A stretch of 55,747 nucleotides of DNA from Perkinsus olseni (lineage: Eukaryota): NCBI GenBank assembly GCA_013115125.1, contig JABANN010000184.1:1-55747 (forward strand). The letters are read 5' to 3'. Shown here piece by piece: positions 1-11,492 of this stretch (within the stretch, counting starts at the first letter, position 1; the number at the start of each line of letters is the position of its first letter). The notes under the pieces are model-generated. The model worked only from the letters and a program-made list of their open reading frames with translations, ran no database searches and was not told the origin of the DNA. The position numbers and the translations under genes are program-made.

Positions 1-210
1 CTTGGATGTGGAACCCGGATTTGTCGCCGTGGACTTGGAACCCGGAAAGGCTTAGCACTTTAATTGGCTCCAGGTGTGCCATAACCGTCCCTTTCTCCCA
101 GTCCCCGCAGTCAGAAGTTTCACCCGGCTGACTAGCCACCCACCGCCAGGTGAAGTTTTCCGGAATGATGAGAACCGTTCTAATCTTCTCCAACAGCCTC
201 AATCTCCGCC

Positions 211-988
211 CTAAATCTTCGCAAAAGCTTGCGAGGTCATCAGAGGCTGCAAGCAGTGCGTGTGGTGAGTAAGAGCGTGTACGTCTAGGTAACTTGGATC
301 GTTTCCTTCTTCGCCTGTCTTCGTAACAGCGTAAACTTGACCTTGGGTAGTGTTCTCAGCCCTCACCTCCCCCCAGTTTGGTACAGTTATGGCGGTTTTG
401 ATCCCGACTGAGAAGTTGAGCGCCTTTCCGTTGTAGAAATCAACGCCACTAGTTCTCGTGCCCGTCGGAAACCAGAAGTCCACGTCGAGATAGATACCGT
501 CTCGGAGCGGGAGCCGCAGAAGAGTCCTTCCATCTACCCAGTAGCCCACGTCCTTCAGGGTGCACCCTCTGTACCATTCCTCACACTGCTTTTTCTCCCA
601 GTACCATCGCAACTTCTAGAGTGGAGAACAGGGAGGCCGGGGCGTACCCAGGGAACCTCGAACCAATGAGAACACCTCCCTGATAAGATCCTGCCGATCC
701 GTTATCGGGAGGGCCCCTCAGAATGTAGGTACATTCGCCGTCTTTCTTACCGAAGTTGAAGCCAGGAGGTAGGCAGTTAGGGGGGGACTCGCCCACAACG
801 GGAAAGCGTAGAGAACGAAGGGCAGCGGAACGGTCTAGGTTGGCAGCATCATTCATCTCGAGGGCATCGACGCAGATCGAACCGAGCATATAGAATAGGA
901 CAATCTTCAAGGCGACTGACCCAGCCTGAACCTTCCTCAACTTCGAGGCACCCCCGTAGGTCGGGAAGGTAGGAGGAGTGGCAGACAT
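211..988 (-). CDS. hypothetical, probably secreted lineage-specific protein (spliced; two overlapping frames)
   Basis: ORFs 581-988 (hydrophobic N-terminal stretch LKIVLFYMLGSICVDA) and 211-612 abut in different frames, with a pyrimidine-rich ...CTCTAG acceptor near 616. No family recognised; may continue off the window edge. Confidence 0.35.
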
Positions 989-1481
989 TGAACTCGGGAG
1001 AGACGAGTATACAACGGCGACTACACAATGTCAGGAAGACAGCGGAGAATTACTTAGCAGCTTGACTTGTTCTATAGCTCTATCCACTATAACTCAATTC
1101 GGTGTAGCTAATCCAGACAGGGCTCAGAGAATGAGGAATCTGATCTTGTTGTGGAACTAGGGTGAACGTATGTTCAATATGATGACAAGGAATGCACGCG
1201 ATTGCTGGGGCGAATGGACGCACCGCGAACAAAGGCACACAAAGAGCAATGTGGGTTGTATGCAGCAGTAATGGAGGTAGCTGCCACTCTGGTGTATACG
1301 TGAACACCTGGAATGTTGCATAGTGCAGGCGATCTGAGATCACCGATCTCACACGCAGCAGTCTCATACGTGTGAGGTGGCACACAAGCCATCAGCTTGG
1401 CGCCACTACTGATAATGACGGAACACAGTACTGGATTCCTCACTAACTTTGGAATGAGAGAAGCATTCACGTAGACTCCTT

Positions 1482-1521
1482 CACCAGCTACAAAAAGCAG
1501 ACACCGGCTACAAAAAGCAGC
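1482..1521. repeat. 20-bp tandem duplication (CACC[A/G]GCTACAAAAAGCAG)
   Basis: Two adjacent near-identical copies seen directly. Confidence 0.7.
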
Positions 1522-2303
1522 ACACTCGTGGCTCGGCCACTATTCGGCCAGCTAGCGGATATACAAAGGGTTTGCTATCTCACAACGGCCTTCGCGCTCC
1601 TCCCGTCCCTGCACTCATGCACAGTCCTAATTACCCCTTGTCCCCGAGCTCCTCTGAATACCACCGACGCTACTTCTCGAGCCCTCGAAATATCCGTAAT
1701 TTTTTGATTATAGTGCACAGATAACCGAGGTTACTGCCACGTTTTCGGCGAGCTGACACCTTGCCTATGGATCTTCAGCTGGAGGCCTGTGGCTCGTGCG
1801 TCTATGAGCGTTGTCCGTTAGGGCCGCGCAAGGCTGAACAATAGTGTCACAAGGGATGCTAGCGCTCGCGGAGACAATGGCCGGCGGCCATCGGCTGAAC
1901 AAAGAGTTCGGTTGTGCAGTCGCAAACTCGGGACAGATGATACGATATGATGATGGCGATGGTGCTAGAATCATTCTGGAGTGCTCCCGTTCTTATTGCT
2001 GCGCAACGGTCGTTTCACATGGCTCGTGCTTGAGGTTGGGTCCAATCTCACGTCCAGCAGCTCTTCAGCCAAAAGTGTTAGCCTAACCCTTGCAGCTAGG
2101 CCCGCGGATGAAAGTCTCTTAGTGAAAGTTGCATCCGATCGACCGAAGTATTTTCTGCTCACTCTCCCCGGCTGTGGCTTTTTTGGCTTGTATGGAAGGA
2201 AGAAGCTACTACTTGCCACATTGACCACAAGGCAATGGACGAGCGTCTCACAGTCGCATCAACCCGACTTGATTACTCAACGTCGCACCAGTTCACTGAA
2301 ACC

Positions 2304-3632
2304 TCATACCACTCCACCAGAAACATCTAGTTCATGAGCATTCTTCTGATTCGGTATGGAAGAAGCGTCCAAACCTCCCGTGATCTCTCTAACAACCGAT
2401 GTGGCGAATGAATCTGCTGGAAGGGTGAACTCCAATAATAGTGACAGAGCGTCGCCCTCTCCAACTGGCTGCCACAAATCACGAATGTCCCCCGGCTGAT
2501 GAGCCACCCAGCGCCAAGTGAAGACTTCCGGGACGATAAGAACCGGTCTCATTTTCGCCATAAGCATCAATCTTGGCCCCAAATCTTCGCAAAAGCTTGT
2601 CAGGTCCTCAGAGGCTGCGAGCAGTCCATCTTCTACCAAAAGGGATTGGAGCACCCGGCCGCCTCGGGAGGCGAAGAACCCGGGTTCAATCCCGGCACCC
2701 AGGATCGGCAGTTCTGCGCCGACTTCCGTACCACACTGGCTAACCATTCTGTTCCAGACAAAGCAGCCGTAGGCGTGCATATAGAACCTTCGATGCTCCT
2801 TCGGTATGGTTGTCCTTATTGCTCGGTTGAGGTCATGGCGGCAGTCGCTCGCCAACCGCTTCAGCAGAGCGTACTCCATCTCCCTAACCTTCCCTGATGA
2901 ATGCGAGATCGCTTGCTTGGCATCGCGAGACCGATGCCACTCCTCAAAAACAAAGCGATTAGTTGACCCCACTGGACTCATCGCCGGGTCGAGCAGAGAG
3001 CCCACAGCAAGATCCGCCCTTTCCGCAATCAAATGACGACCGATGCGGAAAGCCTGGCCAAATGCCCCGAAGCGTTGAACCCCCGCGTAATTGAAGACCC
3101 CATTGTCCTTAACACTATGGAGCAACGCCTCGATTGTGTCGAAGTCGTCGGAAGATACCGCGAATGGGAAGTTTCGGAGAGTTATCCGAAATCGATTCCC
3201 ACTATGATGACCGGCCTTGAGCTGCTGCCCGTTGCCAACGTCAGACACCCGTACTAGAGTATTGCTTTGATAGGAAGCCAACTTTACCTTTAGTTCGGCC
3301 CTCAACGACACCCTTTGAGTTGTTATCGCCTTCTTGTCTTTCCATCCAGCAACGGACCACTCCTTCATGCTGATGCCAGTCTTCTTGGAAATATCCGCGA
3401 GAGCGTCTCTTGTGGTCAAGTCTTTCTTCCACAAAGTGAAGTGGATCCAATCCCCAGATGACGTTGTTCTCGGTTCAAATGGGATTTCGAAAACGTTGAA
3501 GTCCCAAGGGTACTTCTTAAACTTCACACCTTCTGATAAAAGATGTCGCCTTTCGTGAGATCTGGTTACGAAACGACCCAAACCGCAAGAAACTTCCGAG
3601 ACTTCACCTGCTCGCAGGAAAAGACTGTTCAT
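2304..3632 (-). CDS. PUS7: TruD/PUS7-family pseudouridine synthase
   Basis: Motifs AGWKDKKAITTQ (catalytic Asp), GNRFRITLR, FNYAGVQRFG and LEFTLPADSFATSVVREI. First in-frame ATG is at 3632; the true start may be upstream. Confidence 0.88.
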   Translation of the reverse strand: MNSLFLRAGEVSEVSCGLGRFVTRSHERRHLLSEGVKFKKYPWDFNVFEIPFEPRTTSSGDWIHFTLWKKDLTTRDALADISKKTGISMKEWSVAGWKDKKAITTQRVSLRAELKVKLASYQSNTLVRVSDVGNGQQLKAGHHSGNRFRITLRNFPFAVSSDDFDTIEALLHSVKDNGVFNYAGVQRFGAFGQAFRIGRHLIAERADLAVGSLLDPAMSPVGSTNRFVFEEWHRSRDAKQAISHSSGKVREMEYALLKRLASDCRHDLNRAIRTTIPKEHRRFYMHAYGCFVWNRMVSQCGTEVGAELPILGAGIEPGFFASRGGRVLQSLLVEDGLLAASEDLTSFCEDLGPRLMLMAKMRPVLIVPEVFTWRWVAHQPGDIRDLWQPVGEGDALSLLLEFTLPADSFATSVVREITGGLDASSIPNQKNAHELDVSGGVV

Positions 3633-3957
3633 CAGATCGCAAAAACTGTGATGTGATGCGGTGACCGACTTCCACCTCACGCAGAGAAGCGCATCTCACG
3701 ATGTGGGTTCTGCCAACCAGGCTTACCAACGCAAGCATCTTGGAAGGAGAAAGAACTAACTAGCAACCCGACGAACTTGGCTGCGGCAATGTAACGGCGC
3801 GCTTACAACTCCGAGAAAAATGAAAGAAGAACAGAGATGACTGACGCGAAGCGAATGACGCAAGGTTGGCGGTCGATCGAACTCGGCAATCCGATACGGC
3901 ATGACGCACAAGGGATTATCAAGTGCCGCCAAAGACGGTGTATGACAGAAAAAGTCT

Positions 3958-5001
3958 TCAAATCCCTATATCAGGTCTCACGTCGCTGCTGTATTGTTGT
4001 TGCGGTAATACTTCCTCATCTTGCAGTTTCAGAGTTGCAACGCCGAGGAAGTGATCGTCCGATACAGCTGCGGTGGCTACTGTGACAACATCCCAATTGG
4101 TCGTGATGCTGAGGAATTTGAGAAGGCCACTGCCGACGAACGGCGCGGAAATGAGTAAAGAGGCGCGACGGATCAAATCGACAACTGTAACAGAAATAAG
4201 AAAAGAGCGTGGAAGGAGACTTCGACCATCAGCGCTGTGCCGAGTGGCAACGCAGGCCAGAGCATCCGAGTTTGGAACGAAGCGGCAATGTTCCGCTCCG
4301 GGAATGGGTGTTACCAGCGTGTTATCATCTTCGGGTGAGGTGCGATAATGAACTTCTTCACCATCAACGATCAACACAAATTGATGAGTCCCCTCATCAA
4401 GAGGATCTGCGACCGCATCGAAGGACTCGACTCCGTCTTCCAAAGCAAAGAGGCGATGCCAACCATGCTGAGGGCGGCGGATGTCATACGAGAACACGGC
4501 AGAGTCACCCAAAGTTATAATGAATAGGAAACCGTTAGAGATGATCATACTGTTGAGAACCTCCTCACCCCTGTTGAATGGAAGGGGGATTTCAGGCAAG
4601 GCTGAGCCACCGTCCAACATGGAGATCCGGACAATACAAAGATTCAAGAGGTCGACACCGTAGATGATGAGGTCCTCGGTAGCGAGGAAAGCTATTCGAC
4701 CTTCGACCAACAGCTCGGCCACTGGAGTGTTGAAGTCCTCTGGCGTGAAGGCTCGCAATATAGACTGCCCTGTGATGCACTCCGAGGTGAGGAAGGAATG
4801 ATCTCCGAGAGGAGTTATCGCATCCAAGTAGCCCGGCTTATTAAAAGTACCCTCGAATGTTATGCCAGTTGGTGACGGAAAGCGTATGAAACACCAAATT
4901 GGCCAACTCATATCCGAGTGAAGACGTCTAGTACGACGCTCAAGCACGAGCAGTTGAAGTGATAACCTCTGCCGACGAGAGGTACGGCGAGGAGACATCA
5001 T
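3958..5001 (-). CDS. hypothetical protein, beta-strand-rich (possible beta-propeller), intronless
   Basis: ORF of about 350 aa with alternating hydrophobic beta-like segments. No diagnostic motif; start uncertain. Confidence 0.5.
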   Translation of the reverse strand: MMSPRRTSRRQRLSLQLLVLERRTRRLHSDMSWPIWCFIRFPSPTGITFEGTFNKPGYLDAITPLGDHSFLTSECITGQSILRAFTPEDFNTPVAELLVEGRIAFLATEDLIIYGVDLLNLCIVRISMLDGGSALPEIPLPFNRGEEVLNSMIISNGFLFIITLGDSAVFSYDIRRPQHGWHRLFALEDGVESFDAVADPLDEGTHQFVLIVDGEEVHYRTSPEDDNTLVTPIPGAEHCRFVPNSDALACVATRHSADGRSLLPRSFLISVTVVDLIRRASLLISAPFVGSGLLKFLSITTNWDVVTVATAAVSDDHFLGVATLKLQDEEVLPQQQYSSDVRPDIGI

Positions 5002-5451
5002 AATCCTAACCTTAGACAATGAACGCAGCTACACCAGTCCGAATTGAACACCCATGTCACGGAGACAACGCGTCACGTCACATCCTGCAAGGCGGAGCGA
5101 AAGTCGGATTGTAATTGTCTGAGTGATCGATACACTTCGTGTATGTCGAGGGATGACCCAAAACAGTCAGAAGGCAGCCCAGTGTGTGCGTACGAGGCAG
5201 CACAAGTCACCGAGGTGTTCATCGCAGGGATCGGCAATCCTGGGTACCCTGCAGATGCTTTTCGTCCCTCCCTTGGGGCCCAGAAGGGGGTGGGGTCGCC
5301 TGGTGGGAGAATCTCCTCCCCGACCGATCCATTCGCGACACGATCTCTCTCCCAACGTTACGCGAGGTCGCGAACGAAAGGCGGGGATGTTAACACCACT
5401 CCTCATGGCGCAATTTTTGAGAAAATTTTCACGGGCCAGTGAGAAAAGGGA

Positions 5452-7303
5452 CTACAAACACGACGAATGTTGCGTCACAGGGTTGGTCCAGAATTCGCAG
5501 TAGTTCGGTAGATGACCCATGATGCGAGCACCCGGGAACCGAGCGAGACTGCACAGGATCGACTCAACGAAGCCGCGCTGCTCCGCAGTCAAGGCGAGGG
5601 CGTCTTTCGGTGGGGGCTCGTAGGCGACTCGCGTCGCAGTCGCGAGCGTGAGGTCCTCGAGGGCCGTAAAAACATTGAGCTCAGCGGGCTTCAATGAAGT
5701 GGGCAGGAGAATAACAACTCCAAGAATCGACACAAGGAGGGGATCTCGAGACTTATGTGAAGCGATCTGAAACCGGAGAAGCCAACATCGGTACTGTTCC
5801 GGAGGAGCATTTTTGGCCTACGATCTCGTCGGCCGTGTATTCACGCTGGAGGAGCGCCTTCTTATGGTCTTCATCATCCCAATCGAACTGTTCATACGGT
5901 CGGTACGGCAAGCTGCGAAGATGCTCAATCCACTCGGGTAACAGTCCAGCTCGATCTGCACCCGTAACCAAGGTCATCAGATACCTGAAGTACTTTCTCG
6001 ATCAACACGATCGAGCTCCCTCGAGGTCAGGATGAGCTCTGGGTTCGACGTGCAAGGTGGTGGTACATAAAAGGGCATAATTTCACCCATTGAGCTGCTG
6101 CCAGCAGCCTGCTGCGGCTGAGGTTTCGAGCGTAGCGGTTTTCCAGGGTGCTGAATCTAATTCAAAAGTCCGTTTGAGTTCGAACGTTTTCATCAAACAA
6201 TTGAGCGCGACTCAGGGGTTTCGTCACGAAACTTTCGTGTCGCCCAGTCTTGCCAACCCGACTTCTGCATGTGGCATATCAGCCTCATTCCTGCAAGCTG
6301 CAATCTCGTTTTTACAGAGTGTAAGAACGTCTTAAACCAGCAGAGACCTCGTCGCGAGATGGTGTCAGTGAGGAGACGATCATAACAGCACGATGGGTCA
6401 CCGCAATGAACGCAGCGTGCCATCGAGATAAGTATTAAGGTCTCTATATCCTCTCCCTTGCATCAGCTGTTGTGCTGTACGGGGGGGGCGTCAGAAACAA
6501 CAATAGAGATAGTTCCAGGAGAGATTTTGACGAGCGTTCAACAACCGTCGGAAAACAACTTTCCTCGTGGCTCCGCCGATCGCGCACAGACTGTGCGCAC
6601 AATCGCTGTTGTGCGACACAACCGTCGGTGTACACGCATGCCAGCGAAGCATACCCATCAGTCGGCGACGTGAGTCACGATAGCCCGCGAGTCGCCTTAC
6701 CTTCGGCCTGGAAGTCCATCCTTCAGAACAGAGACTCCCGGGAAGGACTGCGTCTGGACGTAGATCATGACTTTGATAGGCTCAGCCACGGAGGTGGCGT
6801 AGGGCGTCACTTGGGTCCAACGCCGGTCATACGATGGACCCTCTCGCGTATCCAGCTCCCGAAGTCCGGCAGGCGGAAACCAAACTACCACGCCGTGAAC
6901 CTGAGACGGAATGCTCACTGATGCCTAGCCAGGACGATCGACCACCTTAGCGCCTTGCTTAGGACGAACATTAGCATAGTGGCCCTCGTACGCTGCTGTG
7001 TGGGTCGGAGCAAGATTGAAGACCAGCTCGTGATCATCCAAAGTCTGAGGATCCAACAACGTCCATGTGCTTGCAAGTATCCACGGTCGGCCAAGGATGC
7101 TTATGAAATAGGTCGAAGATACATCATCATCATCTGCCGTGTACTACCGCTCTTATAGGTTCTCTGTCGTCGGACACCGGAACGCCTCTACTTCTGAGTG
7201 AGGCGAGACTCATGTTGGCACCAAAGGAAAACACCGGTACTTCACCATCACCCGCAGGGATGGGCTCTCGAAAACCGAGGGCATGATCGAAGATGTGAAT
7301 CAT
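5452..7303 (-). CDS. gamma-glutamylcyclotransferase-like protein with C-terminal cytochrome b5/MAPR-like domain (copy 1, multi-exon)
   Basis: Exons encode VFSFGANMS, LDTREGPSYDRR and YLMTLVTGADRAGL (GGCT motifs), then REYTADEI / DPLLVSILGVV / DALALTAEQRGF / IMGHLP. Confidence 0.65.
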
Positions 7304-7931
7304 TGTTATAATTACAACTGAGCGGAATTTGGGCCAAATTATTTGGCACAAGTTGCCGACTCAAAAAACACCCACCACTCATAAATTTTTCCAGCGAACG
7401 ATTTGAGAGTTGTGCCGCTCATTCCTCGGACGCTCTCCTCGAGCTCCGCATAACTCCGTTTTCAGTCGCATCTTATCCACAAGCTTCACCCCGGAAAAAT
7501 TGGACCAATCGCCGAGAACCGCAAAAATCTGTTGGCAGAATCACAGAGGTTATGCCGTCTCTGCGAGGTACCTACGCTGTGTGGGCCCTTGTCAAGTCGG
7601 TGCCTTTCGAACCCTCGCTCTAACAGCCAACCAGACGAGCCTGATCAACATTCACAGCTACACGCTTCGACCGGACTACACGTACTTGAAACGCCAATTG
7701 CCAGAAGTGTCGGAACACTCAGACCTCGGCAAAGCCTCAACGGCATTATCACAGGAGCATTTCCATCCTCCCTTTCAGAATCTGCTTCTACGCCGCAGTA
7801 CCACCCTCGATCCATCAACACAACAAGGACGGGCTTCGGACGATCATGCTACCCTCTGACCATACCATAACACTAGAAGTGATAGAAGAGCGAGCACTAT
7901 CAAGCCCTCTTCCACCGCCATCGGGATGAGT

Positions 7932-9631
7932 TCATAAGTTCCCCGCTCCTTTCCAATAGAAGTCAAAGTCGTCAGGCAAGTTGCCGACGATCTCGAGTCG
8001 TCCCGTATCGGACGTAACCGACTCCAAAACGGTCTCGATGAACCCTCGCTGCTCGGGAGTGATGCTTCGAGCGTCACTAGGGGACCCTTCGTACGAGACG
8101 AAATCAGCACACACGAGGGTAAAATCGTCACCGCTTGTGTAAATCATAGTTTCTATTTTCTCTAGTTTTGCAGGCGCCGCCAAGACGACTCCCAACAGGG
8201 ATACAAGCAACGGATTCTGTTTCTTATGCGAATCGACCTAAGATACGCTCGTTATCAGACAGTATCAGACCCACCGAGATGCCTACTATCTCCTGTCTCT
8301 GGAAAACCCGGCGATTGATCGACGCCTTCCGCTCTGCCGATTCGAAATCGAACTTTCTAAAGTCGACGAATGGCAAGGACCGCAAACGCGTGATCCACTC
8401 CTCATCCAAGCCGGACTTCTCCGCACCAGCGATCAACGTCTTCAAATACCTGCTCACAAAATGTTAAACAAACATGCTTCGCTCCGCCCTGGGACCCCGT
8501 GAAAAATTCACATAACGCGAGAATAATACTGCCAGCGTTCTGACAGGCAGATACCCTAAACGATACTCGACCTTCGCCCGACTAAGCGCGAATTGTCAAC
8601 CAGCAATTTCGGCGAAGTTGAGCGAACAACCTAGGGTAAGGCTCCATTCATCACCAATGCGACGTTGGATTTAAAAGCTTGCAGGCTGGCATGTCCGCAT
8701 TACTCGTCCCAGCTCGCCACGATTAACAGATCTGGACGAAACTATGTCCTGTCACCGCTCACCTTCGTCCAGGCCGTCCCTCCCGTCGCTCCCCATTGTC
8801 TGGCTGTTTGTAAATCATGGCCTTCAACGCGTCACCCTCGTACGGCTGCACTGTCACCCATCGCCTCTCGTAAAAGGGGCTCTCGAAGTCGTCTAGTCGC
8901 TGCAAACCCTTACGCGTGAGGAAGTTAACCACGCCGTGAACCTCAAATGAAGCAAGCGACATACAGACCGTCAACGATAGCGGAGGGCTCTCATAAGCCC
9001 GAATCTTTTTCCATTGTCTCCTAAGAAGCCCATTGCTAATCCCCGGCGATGGTGAGTATTACTCGTCCGCCAAGAGAACGCCGTACGTTAGCGTAGCAAC
9101 CTTCAATGATGAAGATTTCCCTCGGCTCCATGTCAAAAACCAAGTCGTACTCCGTGAGCACCTGACCGAAATTCTATGAGCATGCGCCTGGAAAGAGGAT
9201 AGAGATTCTCTCTCAGAAAATTCCCGGGTGACTCCATTTGCGGACTACCGGTCTACACTAAACAAACGTTAGATTTCTCAGGATGTAAATCGCGAATTGC
9301 AAATAGTCCTCTCTAATGTCATTCTTGCGCTTCTCGAATCGAGCGAGGACATGCCAGACAACTGATGCCCATGCCCCATCGTAACCGAGCAGCCACCTGT
9401 GCGGATGAGCTAATCCAAGAGGATCAGGCGCCAGCGCCGCTCTATTACCGCCCTAAGAGGTCCCTTGCCTCCAGTTTCGATACCTCTGCTGCGGAGGGAA
9501 TCCGTACTCATGTTCGCACCGAAGGAAAACATCGGAACCTCCGTGAGTCCATCAGGGATCGGCTCTCGGTAAACCGCCGTTTTCTCCTTCGCCGCAGCAT
9601 CATCAGCTGAGCTTCCGGCTGCAGAAACCAT
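7932..9631 (-). CDS. gamma-glutamylcyclotransferase-like protein with C-terminal cytochrome b5/MAPR-like domain (copy 2, multi-exon)
   Basis: MFSFGANMS, LDDFESPFYERR and RYLKTLIAGAEKSGL, then RVFQRQEI / NPLLVSLLGVV / DARSITPEQRGF / IVGNLP. Collinear paralogue of 5452-7303. Confidence 0.65.
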
Positions 9632-9845
9632 TGATTAAGAAAAGAGCTGATGAACTCACGCGAGTGGACAGTCGCTTCGCTTGGGTACTGAGGAACAGGA
9701 CGATTGAAGCGAAATGCCGCCTCCGTTCTCGGAACCAGGAGACAGAAAATGAAGCGAGAAACTGCCGAAAGGGCAGAGGGCAATGATATAGGGGGGGTGA
9801 AAATGGATAAAACGCGGACAGATCTGCCCGATGAACAAAAACGAC

Positions 9846-10814
9846 TCAATCGAAGTCAGGCTCCAAAATAACGGCAACATTTTTGCTTTCAAACCGCATG
9901 CTAGCGAGCAGCCTGCCAGACCCAAGAGAATCAAACTGTTGAATAGAAGCTTCTTCCCCGATCATGCTCTTGTCGAGCTGAGTTAAGCTGTCAGAAGGGG
10001 TACCATAACGCCAAGCGAGCACTTGGGTCGTCAAGAGAACGATGTAGAGGGTCGAAAGATGATCATCGAAAGCAAGACAGGTCGGCCGGCACAACCCGCT
10101 CAATAGAACCTTTCCTGGAGCCTCAGGACTCTCAGTATCGAACTGAACGACTCTGTTATTGGAGGTATCAGCTACTAATATAAATCTGTTTCCGACAAGC
10201 ACGGTATCCGAGGGGAAAGCCAATCTTGGCGAGTCGGGGCAATCAACGGTCTCGTAGTAATGTGTAGAATCGGCGGTGACTTCCGCAACTCTGCAGCTGA
10301 ACGTGTCACAGACGATAGCCCCTCGTTGTCGCTGAAGTGCCGAGAAAACTGTACGAGGTGCGTTGCGAACAGAATTTGGTGGGAATAGAAGGTCGAATAC
10401 AGGCTCGTCATGAAGCTCGTGGACGACATTACCATCACCTCCAACGTATGTACGGCTGAGAAGCTCTCCTGTCGTCGCTCGAAATCTGCCAATGGAGCCG
10501 TCCTTGAACGTGAAGGACCCTATGAGGGTGGGAACTTCGGGATCCTTGTCCACATACCGCTTGACAGGCCGAAGCCCGGAGGGGAGGCCAGATGGCACCA
10601 GGTACGACCAGACGACCGTTTTAATGTCGCTCCCGTAGGATTCAGCGCTGCGATTCAAAGCTTCTAATGAGATACACATCTGCGGTATCCTTCGCTCGTA
10701 CACGGGTCTCTCCTTCTGCTCAGCAGGAACGGCTTGGCAGAGTAGTAGCTTCGAGAATGAATCCACACCACTCCCTACCAGCTGTTTGAGACCATTAGAT
10801 AGGTGAGCTCCCAT
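9846..10814 (-). CDS. NHL-repeat-like beta-propeller protein, possibly N-myristoylated
   Basis: NHL-like segments LAFPSDTVLVGNRFILVADTSNNRVVQF and GLCRPTCLAFD. Probable start MGAHLS (MGxxxS) at 10814, because the upstream part of the ORF overlaps a tRNA. Confidence 0.6.
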   Translation of the reverse strand: MGAHLSNGLKQLVGSGVDSFSKLLLCQAVPAEQKERPVYERRIPQMCISLEALNRSAESYGSDIKTVVWSYLVPSGLPSGLRPVKRYVDKDPEVPTLIGSFTFKDGSIGRFRATTGELLSRTYVGGDGNVVHELHDEPVFDLLFPPNSVRNAPRTVFSALQRQRGAIVCDTFSCRVAEVTADSTHYYETVDCPDSPRLAFPSDTVLVGNRFILVADTSNNRVVQFDTESPEAPGKVLLSGLCRPTCLAFDDHLSTLYIVLLTTQVLAWRYGTPSDSLTQLDKSMIGEEASIQQFDSLGSGRLLASMRFESKNVAVILEPDFD

Positions 10815-10870
10815 TAGTCGAGGCTCACAATCTAGTGTGACGTAAACATAAAATCTTGCGCACGAGTCGG

Positions 10871-10875
10871 AAAAA
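10871..10875 (-). terminator. Pol III T-tract terminator of tRNA-Ser
   Basis: TTTTT lies 11 nt downstream of the tRNA 3' end on the minus strand. Confidence 0.6.
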
Positions 10876-10885
10876 CACATAGAAA

Positions 10886-10967
10886 CGACACCTGGGAGAT
10901 TCGAACTCCCGCGGGCAGAGCCCAACGGCTTAGCAGGCCGCCGCCTTAACCACTCGGCCAAAGTGTC
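10886..10967 (-). tRNA. tRNA-Ser(GCT)
   Basis: GACACTTTGGCCGAGTGGTTAAGGCGGCGGCCT-GCT-AAGCCGTTGGGCTCTGCCCGCGGGAGTTCGAATCTCCCAGGTGTCG. 82 nt, full cloverleaf, long variable arm, G discriminator. Confidence 0.96.
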
Positions 10968-11492
10968 AGATGACAAATAACTTGTACCACTATGCCCGCG
11001 TACGTGCCTGGGCTGAGACAACAGAGCATCGAGCAATTCCCGCAATCCAAGAGATAAGTAAAATTTCCAAGAAACCATCTTTGGGGATCCAGTTGCCAGG
11101 AGAAGTTTCTGGTTCCCCGCAGGTTTTTATCTGTTGCTTTTGCCTGCCTGCCACGCACTCCCTTTGATTTTGGCCTTCGCCCTCGCTGGTCAGGCCGCGA
11201 TCGGCCTGCTGGCTACACCGAGTGTCATTAGTAATACTCGACAAGAAGCATCTTCTTCCTCTGCTCAGCCCATGACTCGAAACACAAGTCATCAAAAATC
11301 TTTAGCACAGACCTCAGTGCCTCGTAGTCAACTATCGCAGACTAGAATAAAAAATATTACTTGGGACTACAAGGCTTAGCAATTCAGTTCGACATCGGCC
11401 CCGCTGCTGAGTGTAGGAACGATAATCGACAAACGCAGTCCACATCTAGTAAATCACTTGCACTGAGCAAGCAACAGTTGCGCATGAGCGAC

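Noticed and set aside
5452-8210. ORFs 5452-5733 and 7932-8210 as independent small secreted proteins
   Set aside because: Both lack an ATG start and are better explained as terminal exons of the GGCT-like genes.
10815-11078. N-terminal extension of the 410-aa ORF
   Set aside because: It reads through the tRNA-Ser gene (translated tRNA sequence); the real start is more likely at 10814.
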